From assembly GCA_020341815.1 (NCBI GenBank), contig CP070837.1, positions 1,172,575 through 1,236,574 on the forward strand: a stretch of 64,000 nucleotides of DNA, read 5' to 3'. How positions within the stretch are numbered: position 1 is the stretch's first letter; every line of letters begins with the position of its first letter. The stretch comes from Candidatus Omnitrophota bacterium (GTDB lineage Bacteria; Omnitrophota; Gorgyraeia; JAFGHF01). The translations under genes and the position numbers were made by a program. The notes under the pieces are model-generated. The model ran no database searches, was not told where the DNA came from, and saw only the letters and a program-made list of their open reading frames with translations. Below, piece after piece: positions 24,001-39,000 of the stretch.

Positions 24001-27000
24001 CATTGTAGGAAGTATATGGATGAGCGCAAGCTTAGCATTAGTATCATTTGGAGCAGGATCATTAATCTTTTATAAGACAAAATGGAAGTGGTGGATGCTT
24101 GGTATGTTAGCGGGTTTGGTTGTGGGAAGCGTAGGGGCGTTATGCACACCGTATATAATCGCGTCTGTAACCACACCAAGCATAGGCTTAATTGTGGAAA
24201 CCATAGTAGGAACAATAGGCTTAGCAATATGTTGCAGGACAGAGCGGGGTAAGAAAATTTCTCAGTGCTTGGAGCCTACTATAGATTCCATATCTAAAAC
24301 TGAAGAGATAAGAAAAATAATAAAAAAGATAACGAAAAATAGTACGATAGACCAGATTAAAAATGATTTAGAAAAGGGTAAAATTGGTGTGCAAGAAGCA
24401 TGTTATAGAGTTTTAGCCTTAGCAGAATCAGCGCTTAAAAAAACAGATCCTGATAAAAAATTTAAAAAATTCAATACTCTTCAAGTAGAAGCCTTTGATT
24501 TGTTAATTACTGAGATTGCAAAAGCCAAAAGTGATTCTAAAAAGATTTCCCGAGAAATGATTGAGATGGTGATGTCTACCGGCAAAACTGAAGCTGCAGG
24601 GGTGTTTGGTTGTTTAGCCTGGACGCTGAAAGATAAGTTTGGTTACGAGAAGGTAATACTGACCAGTTGGCAGAAGACAGCAGTAAAACAGGATTACGAT
24701 AGATTAAATACTTTCTTTAAGGAAATTGGACTTTCTTGCGGCTTCCATAACGAAGAGCATTTATCAGAAGATGAATTTGAGAAATATTATAATAAAGATA
24801 TTCTTTTTGTTGATTATCAACTTCTGATGAATGATTGGGCACAGAGTAGAGCGTCAAACAGAGGGAGAAAGAATCAATCGGTCTTAATTAAACCGGGAGA
24901 AAAGAAAGAAGCAGGAACAGGAGAAAAGCCAGAGAAAGAACTTATTATTGCTCCAGAAAAGATTGCCCTTGTAGGTTTAGAAGCCGATTTCTACTTCCTT
25001 GACGACTTGTTTACACCCTTAGTAATATTGGGACAGCCTAAAGAGATTAACGAAAAAGACTTGGCCCAGTTTCGGGAAAATTATAAAAAGATAATAAAAG
25101 CTGTTTCTATGAGTAAAGAACTTGAAAAGCATAAGGACTTCAAAATATATGAATCGGAAACATATAAAGAAGTTGAAGGAGATTATCGCAATGGAGATAA
25201 TCAACTACGACATACTACGCATTTTGTTGAACTTACTGAGGAAGGCAAAAGGAAAGTAGGAAAACAATACATTGTCTTAACAGAGACATATCTTAAAGCC
25301 TATTTCCTTTATAACGGCAAGGATTACACTATTAGAAATGGATTGATTAGACTCTACAATGAACCAGCAGGTGTTATCTTTGAAAACAGACAGCTTCAAG
25401 ACCAAACTATTTGGATTATGCTTCATATAAAGGCAGGATTATTACCCGAAAACGAAGGAGATGTATTTGAGGACAGGTATTTAAAAATTATTTCCCATTT
25501 GTTTGCATTCCCTATCGTCTATACTAATTTTTATTTATTCCAGAAGGAATTAGGCCTTATTTGGGCATTGAGTGGAACTTCTGATAAAGAGGCATTTGAG
25601 AATTTAGGATTTAATGTTGTTAAAGTGGATAGCAGAGACTTTGAAGAGCAAAGAAGTAAAAAAGTTGAACAAAGAGACTTTCTCTCGAAGAATTTTGCTG
25701 CCAGCATAAAGACTATTTTAGATAAGTTGCAAAAGCTGATAGAGAAGCTTAAAAACCAATCCACAATTATCTTTGTTGACGACCCCGACGATGTTAAAAA
25801 GTTAGCTGAAAGAATTAAAACAGAATTTAAATGGCCAAAGGATAAAGTAGAGGCATGGTTACCTGATGATGAGATTGATGAAGCCAAAAGACACAAGGTA
25901 GGTTTGCCTGGACAAATAACTATTATCACGGCTAATTTGACGCGTAATGCAAACTTTAAGTTGCAAGAAGGGTCAACAAAATTCAATTACCTTATTTCAG
26001 GAGGTCGTAAAAATCCTCGTTGGATGAGACAGCTTCTCTGGCGAGTGGGAAGACTCGTAGAGATGAAATATGATGAAAATGGCAAAGAAACATATGTCTT
26101 TAATGAAGCAGATGTGTTTGTGTTTTATCATCTGGAGCAGGAGCTATTCTCACAATACCCGAGAATAAAGGAGAATCTCTCGGCTCTGTTAGATGGGAAA
26201 GACTGCATATCTGTAAATATAGATAGCCTCAGCAATAATGAAAGAAAAGCTGCTAGGTATATTCAAGAAGCTTTCCGTTTTACAAATAGTGACTCTATAA
26301 AGAATAGCAAGATGCAAGGTAAAATAGAAGAACAGATAGGTGCAGTAAGCGAAGCAATTGCAAGGCAGATGAAAGAAATAACTAATGCTCAAGAGAGAAA
26401 GGATCTTCAATCAGCCTATACAGTTTTTCTAGAGACTATTGAGGAACAGAGAGGTCTTATTTCCTTTATAAAAGGAGATATAGATAGGCTTGCTGCCCAA
26501 TGGTCTAAGAAAGTAAAAGAGATATTTGATACTACAATAGGAGCAGTTCTTGCAGGAGAGGGTTTAGTTATAGAAAGTGATAATAGAGAAGAGGAAGAAG
26601 AGGTTGATTCATCAGAAAGAGGAAAGATAGGAAATGTGTGGCGGGAAGTTATCGATAAATTAAGTCGTAGAAATAGAGAAGGTTCTGGGCTTGGTCCTGC
26701 ATTGGCAACTATAACTATGACAACAGTTATAGGTGTGGGTATAGTAGCGCAGGCGGCTGCCGCGCAGCATACTATGACGGCTCTTAAAGAAAGACACTCC
26801 ATGTTATTAAATCGGATAACAGAGGACCTGCGCAGTATAGGAATTCTCCAGAGAGAAAAGGAGGAGGCCAATGACAAGCGCGCGGAAGAGATAGATGAAG
26901 AGATAAAGGGATTATATAAGCGATTAGGGGTAATTTCGGAACAAGCGCAGGAAGTAGAGCACAAAATTAAAGTAAGAGAGGCTTATAGCTCTGCTAAGAA

Positions 27001-30000
27001 ACATAGCGGAGACATTGAAAATGTATTGTCAGATGAGCGGGTAAGCGCGAAGAGAAAAGATATTTTGGCGACTCTTGAAGCAGAGGGGTTATCTTTAGAT
27101 GAGTTAGAGGAATTACAGGCTAAGATTAACGGCCGCAACGAAGCCGAGGCAGAGTTACTAAAGGGCATAACGGATGCGGAAAAGAAAACCGAGCTTGAAT
27201 ACCTTATCAGCCAGAGAAATGCGCAGGAACAGAGCCTGCTAAAGCTTTACAGAGAGGATGCTGATGCAAGAATAGAAGATATCGGGCAGAGCGCAAACGA
27301 GGCAGATATAGCCATTGTTGGTGAGTTGAAAAATCGCTCAAAGAAATTTAAGGTTATAAACGACAGAAAATATAGCCTCTGGTCTTCAAAGGAGAAAAAA
27401 TTAAAGCAGCAGGAGACTAAGCCTGTAAAATTGTCTTCTTATAAAGGAAGAGATGAGGCGAGAAAGATTTTAGGTGCGAGGTTTGGGCAATTAGGAATAA
27501 CAGCTCAGGAAAAGGCTGAGTTCAAACTCCGCATTGAGAACGAAAAGCGCGCGGAGCGTAAAAAGTGGCTTAAAAATAGATTAGCAAAGGAGGAAAAGGA
27601 AGAGAAAGACAAGTTCCTTAAAGGACTTAAGATTTTCCGCAAGCACAATAATATAAAAGAGACCCGTGAAGATGTGTTTACCGAAGATGATTGGAAAGCG
27701 GCTATCAAAAAGGCCCAAGACAGGCTTGGATTGAAGATAGAGAAATTAGAGTCAGAAGGGGAAATATCAAGATTAGAGGAGCAAATAGAGGCAGAAAGAG
27801 AAAAGAAAGATATTGATAGGGATAAGATAAATGAATTAAAAGATAAGATTAAGGAACATAAAGAGGATATTAAAAAGATACAGAATAAAATCAGCGAAGA
27901 AGCTAAGGCAATTAGAGAACTCAGGAAAGAGTTTGCGGATACCGAAGAAGAGAAAAAGTTAATAGATGAACAGACGCGTCTTGATGATGAGGAAAAGGAA
28001 TACAATGAGAAGCGGGAGCAGATTTTAGAAGAAATAGAGGAATTGGAGCGAAGAGAAGAAGATATAGCTCAGCTTCCTCCAGAGGAGCAGAAAGAATTAA
28101 AATATGAGGCGCAGGCCTTATTTACGGAAATAAAAGAACTTATTCAGCAAAAAGAAAGACTTGATAACGATATAGAGACTTTAAAAGAGAGAAAAAGGAC
28201 TATTATCCAGGGTAAAGAGAATCACCGGGAGCAGATAGAGGAGTTAAGAAACCTTCAAGGGTGGCGCTTGCGGGCCCTATGGCAGGAACTTAAGGAACTG
28301 CGGAATGATTATCCTGAAGAGGCGGTTCGGGCCTTAGCAGATTATTATGGAGCATTGCAGGGAGTGCCGTATAAGAAAAGAATAAAGGCGGCTATCCAGC
28401 TGTTTAATCAGATTAAAGGCATTGACAGCAAAGGGCTAAGCGATGCCACAATAGGTGCATTGATTGAAGAATCAAAGGCTGACTTCCAGCGGGAAGATGC
28501 CCTTACTCTCAAGCGCTATCAGTTAGGCCGGGAGAAGGACGAGCAGAAGAAAGAGCAATTAAGGAAGGAAATAGCTGAATTAGAGCAGAGAGAATTAGAC
28601 AGGAAGACCAAGATAGAGAAGGCTGCCGAGAAGTTTGCCAGAAGAAGAGGGTATAAAAAAGACAGAAAGGATGAGTTTGTAAGCAGATATGAAGATTTAA
28701 TAAGTCAGTTAGAATGGATTAGGGAATATGTAGCGATAGAAAAAGGACGCTATGGCGTTGAGAGTAAGGAATACAAAGAGCTTGATTATATATCAAGGAT
28801 ATTGCCCGAATGTATAGACTTTGCAGAAACGCAATTGGAAAAGACGGAGGCGGAAAAGAGTTTAGCCGTCTTAAAAGAAATGGTAAATGACCCGAAAATT
28901 AGCAGGGAAGTTAGAGAAGGACGAAAGAGCAAAATAAAGAGCTTAGAAAATAGAATCGCATTCTTAAATAAGAGCATAGGAAGAAGTAACTTAGCAGAAG
29001 AGTTAAAAGATTCTCAAGTTCATATTTTAAAAGCAGTTAAAAGCGTAAACGGCTCTTTATATGCAAAGATAAAAGAGCTTTTGGATAATTATCCTAGGTT
29101 AAGGAAGCTTAAGGTCTTAGGCAAAGAGCGGGAATTAGAGCGCACTCAACAAGTGAAAGAGAATATTGAAGATGAGATTTCTCAAGAGGGGGAAAAGATA
29201 CATAACTACTTTATCTCTAAGGAATTAAACAGAGGCGATAAAGATGAAGAGGCCGATAAAGTCTGGAAGCTGCTCGAAGAGTTGAATAAAGGTTATTTAC
29301 TTACAGAAACCAACGAATATCCGGGCGTATTTAACTTAGTGCTTTCTCTGGGAGTGAAGAACTTCCAGAAGGATGTTGGTTTGCCGGTTACAGGGAATTG
29401 GGATAAGACCACTAACGAAAAAGCGCAACAGTTATTAAAAGAAAAAATTGCCGCAAGAGTTTCCTTCTTAAAGAATAAGGAGCTGCCTAGACGTATTCTG
29501 AAAGCAGAGATAGATGCTCAGAAGAAGAAATCCGATAAGACGCTCGCAGAGCTTGAGGAGCTCACAGCTAAGCAGAATGAGTTATCCAAGCTGGAAGCAG
29601 AGATTATACAGGAAGAAGAGGCCCGGCAGAAGGAAAAATTAGAGAAAGAATTGGCCTTACTCAAACCTCAGGCAGGTGTATTAGAAGAGGTAGATAAGAG
29701 GATTAAGGCAATAGAGGAGAGCTTGGCGGTTAAAGAGATAGAGATAAAGATTGCCGAGTTAAAAGCAAAGCAGGCTCAAGCAGAAGCTAAAGACCCACAT
29801 TTAAAGCGAGAAATAGAATTACAGGAAGGCAGAAAGAGGCACTTGGAAGAGGAATTCAGGCTGGCCAAAGAAGAAGAAAAAGACAGGAAGGTAATGCTTA
29901 ATGCAAGGCAGCAGAAACAGCTTTATATAGACCGCAATGAATGGAATATTAAGAAGAAGGTTTTGGATGCCTTTGAGCAGTCTCAAACGGAAACCTTAGC

Positions 30001-33000
30001 CCAAATAAAGACAAAATTGACTAAGAAAGATAAAGATGTTAAGAAGTGGCAGGAGGAGATCTCCTTATGGAAGCTGCAAAACAGGATTAGCCGTGAGGAA
30101 AATAATAAAGAAAATAAACAGGCAAAATTGGAACAAGATGATATTTCAGAACTTAGAAGACTAAAATTAGAGACAGGGATCCGAGAGATTAATTTGAGTT
30201 TAGGCATACTTGAGCCTATAGAGAAACAAAATAGAGGCCTAACCGAAAAGGAAGAAAATTCCTTGCGGGAGAATAAGCAGATTAAGGAATTAAGAGCTCT
30301 TGCCGGGGTGTATGGGGCCTATGATTATAAGTGGACACAGGATAAGCTGACTAATAAAAAGTTACATCTTTTGGCTAAGAAAGCATTCTTAGAATATCTG
30401 AAGAATTATCCCGAAGCGGATATGGAATTGCCCGAAGAAGGATTGATGCCGGATGATTATGACCAGATAGTCGACAGGGGCCTGAGTGCGCAGGCCTTAA
30501 ACAGGCAAATTGAAGAGATAGAAATAGAATTGCAGGAGATTAAGGCAGTCCGTGCTCAAGACAAGCATAACCAGGCCAAAGAAGAAGATAAAGAATCTAC
30601 CCGGATAGCGCTTAATCGGGAAGAAGCGAAGTTAGTAAAGCTGAGGAACAAAAACGATAAAAAGACCTTGAAGAAATTAGAGGCTGTTAGCATGTTATTG
30701 GCCTACTGGAGTGCAGCGCTCTCTAAAGAAAAGAGCCTTGATGAGAAGGAGCGCAACTCTGTATCAGGCGCAGAATTAAAGATTGCCCAGAAGGAAAAAG
30801 AATTGGCCAGAGAAAAAGAGGCCTTAGGCGTGCAGGTATATCTTAGCGAGTTTGAGAAATTCCCTGAAGGCATAAGCATTCCCGAGAAATGGCAAAACGC
30901 AAAAGCAAAGAGCGCAATTGAGATTTATGAAGCTACGCGGCAGATAGGAAAAGTGGAGCTTGAGATAACTAATTTACGAAAGCAGCAGGCGGGTGGGTCG
31001 GGCAAGCTTTTATTATTGGAGACAGAGGAAATTGAGCTGTCTTTGGCCCGAGAGAAACGGATTGATGCAATTATTGCCGATAACCGCAAAGAGCTTTCCG
31101 GAATCGAGGACTTGACTCGCTTACAGGAGAAGATGGAGGAGATATGCAGCAAAGATAATAGAGTGAGGATGCTTACTGTCAGGCTGAACGAAATTATCCC
31201 GGCTCAGAAAAGAATACTTAACCGGCAGGAAGCGCTGAATAAGAATACAGAGCTGTCTGCTATAGAGCGGAAAATAGAGAAGTTGAACATCCTCAAAGAT
31301 AGATTGGACTTGGTGAAATTGGCGCTGGAGAAAGGCATCGACTTTGAAGAAGGACGGCAAAGGGCGCAGATTAAAGATGCCGGGATAAATAATGCCCTTA
31401 AGCAGGCAGGGAAAAATAGAGACAAGAAAGCCCTTTTATCTGCCTTAGAAAGACAGGTGAAAAATGTTGAGATAAAGCTGCAGGAGGAGGCAATTGCCGA
31501 GAAAGAAGAATCGATACAAAAGGAAAAGAATGTAACAAAGAAGAAGGTACTGCGGATTGAAAAGAGGATTCAGGAAATCGACCTAAACTTGTTGCGGGAT
31601 GAAGTAGGCAGGTTTGGCGGGCTTTCCAGACAACAGAAAGACCAGCTAAACGGCCTAAAAGGGCAATTAACGGCCTTAAAGCAAATCCTTGAGCGCAGCA
31701 GGGAATATGAGCTCATCGGGGAAGAGAAATCCAGATGGCTGTTACAAGAAAAGGTAATTAATTTTATAGAGTTTTACGGCAGAGAGGCATGGGAGAATTA
31801 TCAGAAGGAATATAGAATGGAAGATATTCCCCTAATTGCAAAGAGCGCCCGGGATTTAAAGAAAATTATGGATAATAACGAGGAACGTATCCGCTCCTTA
31901 TTATTAAAAATAGAGCAGGCAATTATATCTTTGGAAATAGAGAATTGCGAGAAGAAGGAATTGCTGAAGAAGCAGCCTAAAAATGAGGAAGCTAAATCAA
32001 TAATTAAGATTAACGAACAGAGCATAATAATTCTTCCCAAGGCAAAAGAGCTCTTTACCGGAGATAAACACACAAAGAAAAAGACTCTCAGAGAGATAAA
32101 CACAAGGATGGCGGACTTACAGAATGATCTGCAGAGGTTAAAGAAGCTGCTCAGTGGAGAAAAAGGAGTAAAAGATATATCACGCAATAAACAGCAAGAG
32201 CCGGTTCATTATGAGCGCTTAGGAGATAAGATAGCAAATTTAGATAAGAGGGCCGGGCAGTTGAATGAAGATGAAGAGGCCTTGCTGGAGGTTCTGGAGG
32301 AATTAGGGGCCAGGGTTGTAGAACAAAGACAGGTGCTTACGCTTTGGACAGTAGAGGATGCGGTAGAGGCAAGTCAGGCCGGAGGGGACGTCGCAGATAA
32401 AGTAATAGCGGAGATTACTGGTTTAAGTGCTGAGTTTGTCCGGTATGTCTATAACGTTTTGACACAGATGTGGAGTGAAGAGAAGGCCAGGGAATATTCG
32501 CTTAGTCAGATAATGAATAAGGCGCAGTTAAAGAACGCCCTGCTAAAGGAATATGCAGGGCTCTCTCAGCACGATGTGGCCAGAGAGATTGTGCAGATTT
32601 TCTGGACGGCATTCGAATTGGACGATTATTACGAGCATTCTGCTCAAGCAGAAGAAGAATTTAAGAAGGTCCTTACAATTAATCCTGCGGGAGAGGTCTT
32701 CAAGGAGCGCTTATCGGCGCACAGCACCGGAAAGCTTAGGAATTCGGCTGTAGAGATAGCCGAAGAAGTCGATAATCAAGACGGCTTTAGAATGCTTCAT
32801 CCTCAGGCGCATATAAAAGTTAGAGGTACAGAGGGCGCCGGGCCCCGGTGGAGCCTTAGCTTTGCTTCTTTTGCCGCTACACCGGGTAAAATCTGGCGCT
32901 CCATTAAGGGATTGTTCGGTAAGGAGCAGGATGTCTTTATTTCTCCTGAAGCGTGGCAGGCGTATCAGGAAGAGGTGCTATCTCTTACTGAGAGCGCTTT

Positions 33001-36000
33001 TGAGAAGGAAGAGCCTTTACTTTCGGTATGGATAGAATTGGCCTTAGCCGAGAGAGCAGTACATTTGGCTCAAGGTGAAGGTTTTCTCCAGAGGAAGGCG
33101 GCCGAAAGGCGTTTAGCGCAGGTTCGCCGGATAGCGCAGAGCAAAGAGTTCTTTAATCTGCGTATGACTGTATGGCCCCAGACAGGACTGGATTTTCAGG
33201 GCAAAGATGAACAGGAGTCATTAGAGGAAATAATCAGGCATATCCCCTTATTTGCAGAAGAGGTTTATAAGCAGGTAATCGAGCGCATAGTAGCTGCTAC
33301 AAAGGACATACCCTCTTTAGGAAAGAATATAAAGAAAGAATATAATAAGACCTCTTTATCTTTAGGCGAGAGGCTTAGCATTGGCGCTGACTTAGGGTTA
33401 AATATTGTTTCCGGAAAGACAAAGAGGCTCTTTTCTCTCTTTGCCGAGGCCCTGATATTCCAGCAGGATAGCCAGGAGACGAAAGAGTTGATAGACAGGC
33501 TTAACCGGAACTACGAATTAAAGCAAAAGGAGCTTCGCGGAACGATAACCGAAATAATAAACGGCTTGAAAGCAAAATATGCGCAGGTCGATGAGGCAGA
33601 TTTTGATAATAGGGTAAAAATATACTGGCAGCTCTGCGCCTTTGAGCAGTTGGCGCGAATATTTGGCGAGATGGAAGAAGGATGGGCGAATGATAAGGCT
33701 GCCTTGCCTTCGGCTGGCAATGACAGCGCTCAGGCAGGCGAAGCAGAGGTTATTACCAGCGTCTCATCGCAAAGGGAAGAAAAGTTCTCTCAGGAATTGC
33801 TTAGCGATTTGGTTGGGGCCTTCAACAGGAATGCCCAGGACACCCGGAAGAATAAACAGGAACAGGTGCGTTTAGAGAAAGAAAGGCTTAGCAGTGATGA
33901 GCCCTTGAGTGAAGTAATTAAAGCAGCTGAATCTCTATCAAGCAAAAAAGAAGATATCTTCCAGACAGCAAAACAGGCAATAGTAGCTAATGAGCATAGC
34001 GAAAATACAGAGCAGGATTATTTAACGGCCTGGGAGTGGTTAGCCAGACAGGTGGTGAATTCTCAAGACAGGCTGGAGAGCTTTAATCCGGACACTGCCT
34101 TAGCCGGGACAAATATAAATGAAGTCACAAAGCAGAAAATAACAGGGTATTGGCAAAGACAAATTAACCGAAAGATAGACGCATATTTAGGAAGGCTGGA
34201 TAGAGAAGGATATTTATCTGAACGAGAGAGCAGCCTGCTGATGACATTAGCCGAAAAAACGGGCCAGGCAGAAAGAATAAGAGAGGCCAAAGCCGCCTTA
34301 GGCAAGATTGATAAGGGTAAAAAGGAAGACGCAGACAGGCTTGAAGAGCTATACAAAAAGACAAAAGAGGTCTTGGAGAATCCGCAGAATACGCCGGAAG
34401 ATATCAATGAGCAGGAGGCGGAATTCAAGGCGCATTTCCAGCGCTGCCGCGATAGAGGCATAGTGACTATTGAAGAGTGGGGAGAGAAAGGCCTGGAATT
34501 AGAGAAGCTAAGAAAAGACTCTCTTGCTGAACGAGACAAGAAGCAAGGGCAGTGGCGCGATTTTATAGAAAATAAGAAAAAAGAATTGGCTTCGTTGCTC
34601 ACACCCAAGAATAGGGAGAAGTCGGAAAAAACTCAACAAAAGATAGAAGCCATAGCCGCAGAGGTTGCTCGGGAAAGAGTTAAATATGCGCCTTATTTCT
34701 CAGGCAAGGCAGAAACAGAGAAGTTATCCTTGGATGCAGTGGAAGTGGAGCTATTGGCGGAAATAATTAATGGGCAGCTGCGTGAGTGGTTTGCGCACAA
34801 TATTCATTCTCCTCCTGCTGCCGTAGCTTTAGACGCAGAGCTCCGCAGAAGAGAAACACCCTCCTTTATTGCCAAGGCCGCAGCAGAGGCGTCAGGAGAC
34901 TTAAAGGAAGCACTGCTAAAAGCAAAGCAGGATGCGGCCCGACGTTTGCAAATAGCGCGCAACGATGAAAAGATAATAGCTCTCTCGGGCGAAGTTATCA
35001 GCCAGGGCTGGCAGATAGAGGCAGGTTGTTTCCTGGCGTTTATCCCCTATGGTAGACTCAGCAAAGACGCCGAGTCCCGTGCGAAATTCCAGCCGGAGCT
35101 GAACAAGGAATATCTTGCCTATCAACAGACAATCACCGACATTACTGAGGTAGATATTATCCTCAGGACCCTCCACGATTACTACAAGCAGAATCCTCAT
35201 CCGGAAGTAAAGAATTTAATCGAAAAATATGAATTGTATAGACACTATCTTGGCATTTCAGCGGTAACCTGCCTTATTCAAATCAAGTGTAACGAAATCC
35301 TGATTGAAAGAGAAGGCAAAAAGGATATAAGCCTTACCGGAGCGCTTAATTTGGCTTATACAATAGTGTCTAATCTCTTGGATTGGGCAACCAATATAGG
35401 CGGAAGGGACGCGCAGAAGGCGCAGCGCTTGAGCGGCGAGCTGCAGGCTTTGATTCCCCGGTTTTACCAGCTTAAACAGGAGACAGAGAGACTATCGAAG
35501 GCTCAGGCAGTCTCTGAGGAAGAGCCCGCCAAAGCCCAGCAGGAGAGCTCAACAAAGAGGATATTTGGAGAAACGGTGGCGTCTTCAAAATATGTGGCTG
35601 TTTCCTCAGACGGGACCATTCTGGCGATGTATGTGAGGACAGGCTCCGACCGCCGTTATCTGGTTTTGAAGAATGTCTACACATCTCTTACCGGTGAGCG
35701 CGGAGCAAGCGCGCTGGAGAAAAGAGAGGGTCTTAATTACGGCGTTACGGTAGAATTACAGCGCAAAGAGATTGATTGGAATGAACTGGATAAAGTCCTT
35801 AGAAGGGATTACGGGCTGCGTTTCTTTGGCAAGAAGTTTATTGCTCTCGATGAAACCGGAGCAGGGCTAAAGGGAATATGGTCTTTGGATGTCCGCAACA
35901 TCCCGGCCGATAGGTGGGACATCGATGATCAAGTTAAAATAGAGAGTATGGTGGGATTGGAAGGACGGCGTCCATTAGCGGAGTTTACAACCAAAGACGG

Positions 36001-39000
36001 CACTAAAATAGATATTACAGGCAGGGTTCCCGTATCTATTATGGTAGATGAACAGGGCAACCCTGTTTACTATGTAGGCCTGGGTATTAGCGAAGAGAAC
36101 TCAGGCTCGGACTTCATAAATGGCCTGCAGATTGACCCCGAAGGAGAGACTGTTTACTACGCAAGCGGCCGGGCCGTGTTTAGCTGGGATAAGCAGAGGA
36201 AATATAATACCAGGATAAATGCCAACTTTACTCAGGATGATAATGTCAGTGTGCACTTAAGCCAGGACCTCACAAAGCAGTGGACCATAGACTTAGGCGG
36301 TAATTGTTACTGGGAGGAGAAAGAGGAACTCTATGACGGCACGGTTAAGGTCACCTGGAATGCGCCTTCAGAGAGTAACAAGAATAAGCTCAGTATTAGC
36401 GCCGGCTATGACTATAGAGAGTCTTTACAGCCCCAGGGGAGAATAGAACATACCTCTCTCACTAACAGTATAGTTATCCGAAATACCGTTCTGGGCATAA
36501 GGCAATTTTCTCTCCAGACAGACTATCAGTTGGAAGAGGAGGAGATTAGTCATAGGGTAAGCATCAATAAGCTCCTGCCCGCCCAGATAAACTGGAGCGG
36601 CACAGCAAAGTTTGATTATTATGGTAATCTGATTTATTCTACTTATGTGGAAAAGAACTTTGACGGCGCTTCTCTGCGCCTTGGAGTGAAAGGCGACAAA
36701 GAGAAAGAGGATGTGCGGCCTAATCTTAGACTGACTCACGGCAACTTTAGCTTAAAGGGAGACTTTAAAGATGAGTATAATTGGGGCGTAGGAATTAATT
36801 ATCGCAATATCGAGCTGGGGAAAGGGTTTGCGGGTACGGCCAGCATCGAAGGAGGAGAGGCGGCAGGACAACCCTGGATAGAGGCCGGGTTTGATGTCTT
36901 TCCTTTATTAGGAAAGTTGCGGCAAGAGAAGTTTAGCCTGCTTCCTCTGGATTTGAAAAACAAAAGACTCAATCTTTCCTCAGGTAACTGGAATACAGTG
37001 GGAGAGGATGCCGCAATTAAACAAGAGACCACAGATTTGCGCCGCCGGATATATGAGCAGCAGGATGAGCTGCAGCGCAGAGGAGAAAAGGTAACTTTAA
37101 ATAAGGAAGATGTAGCGCTATTAAATGAGCTTCGGGATATAGCGGGCAGAGGCTTTGCTCCCAAGGATGTTTTGGCTAACCTTATCGTTAATAAGAAAGT
37201 AGATGCAGACGAGCTCAAAGACCTCTTTAGAGACTGGGCATTTTTAGCAAAGGATACGGAGTTAAAAGACTATTTAGGAGAGAAGATAGATATTCAAAAT
37301 AAAGTGCACCTGGCTGAACTGTTCTTCTGGACAGGGTATCTGCGTCAAAATGGCGAGACAAAGACAAAGGACAGGATTATTGAATTAAACGGGGCCAGAG
37401 AGCAATTAAAAGATTCATTTAAAGAAAGAAAGGGCAGCAAGCAGTTTAACCCGGCCAATGTCAGGGATGCAGAAGAGCTCTGGTTACTGATTGGCCTGGG
37501 CGAAAAATATAGTCAGGACCTGGTTAAAGTGATATTGCGCTATCGCAGTTCCATTGAAAAGATAACCGGCGTCAAGCTGGATATTACTGCTCAAGGGGTA
37601 GTAGATATTTATCTTAACTGGGGAAGTTATCTCCAGCAGGAAGAGCAGAAGATTGAAGGGCAGGGCTTAGATGAAGCGCAGGAGAAAAAGGCCAAACAGG
37701 CCTTGAGCAAGAAGATACGGAATATTGCCGATGCTGAGACTACGCATTTACTTGATAGCGAGGCGCGTAAACAACCTTCGCAAGAGCTTATTGCCCTATT
37801 AGATTACCTGACTAAATTAGGCGTAGACGGGCTAAAGATATTTGCTAAAGTAGACCGCAGCAAGCTTCTTCCTTACGAAATGAAATTGCAGGCGGCAATA
37901 GCGTTATTAGAGGCCAAAGGCAAGGTCAAGAACATACCCCGCTATGTCTTTATATTGGAAGAGCTTTATAATATAGCCCAGGGCAACCTTGTTATCCAAA
38001 ATGACCTTTTCCCTGAAGGATTTGCTGCGGAGGAGGTTTCTGCGGAGCAGGCGACAATCTTTACCGGTTTAACTTATGCGGTGTATAGAGAGGATATCTC
38101 TGCCGACCATATTCAGAATGTTAGTTATCTCTACAGCCAAATTCAGAAACCCCACTATCCAGCCGCATCTGTTTACAATAAACTATTCATAGAATTAAAC
38201 TATTGGACAAAGGTTGGCGAATTCTTAGAGACCAGGAAAGAAGGAGCATTAGAGACAATAGCCGGCCTTTTAGCGGAAGATAGCAACCTTGCCTTTGGCA
38301 AGACCGAACTTACCATTGACCGGGTTCTCTCGGCATTAGGCCTTAATGGCTCCAGGAATAAACCTGTTACCAAACCCAAACAGCAATTACGAAAACAAAA
38401 GGCAGCTAAGGCAATACCGACGCAAGAGAAGAAAAAAGAGGCGGTCATCGCCAGCTTGCGTAGTAACAAAGAGAAAGAATTGCCTCCTCAAAATATGCCT
38501 CTCCATCTATATGAGGAAGCAACGGAGAAGGAGGAGCCCTCATTATTTGCTCAATTCCTCTCCGCAATTAATCCTTTCTCGGCAAGGCTTGCTTATGGGG
38601 ATGAGTTGCGCTTGCCTCAGGTTGCCGTAGAGGGAAGGACTATTCGCGTTAATGGCCGGCCTTACCAGATAAGGGGCCCTAGCTATTTACCGGTTCCTAA
38701 GGGTGAGGATATTAAGAGCTTCTTGTTTGATTATGATACGGTTGTCCGTGATATTGCCTTGATGAGGCAGTTGAATAGCAATACTATTCTCACCTATCCC
38801 ATAGAGGATGAAGGGATTTTGAATGCCTTTGCTGACGCAGGAATAAAGGTTATTATTGATTTTGCCGATTATGGTGATAGATATGTTGATTACATCAATC
38901 AATTTAAAGGCCATCCGGCCATTCTGTTGTGGTGTTTTAATGACCGGGATACTGCTTTAGAGCAGGCAGCGCAAACCGCGCATCAGCTTGACCCTGAGCA

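Noticed and set aside
24400-26200. Assigning gene symbol secA (or pgm, grpE) to embedded domains
   Set aside because: They are divergent domains of one ORF, not standalone orthologs
32330-35520. Possible TolC-like segments (helices interrupted by paired beta-strands)
   Set aside because: Suggestive pattern but no diagnostic motif; needs structure prediction
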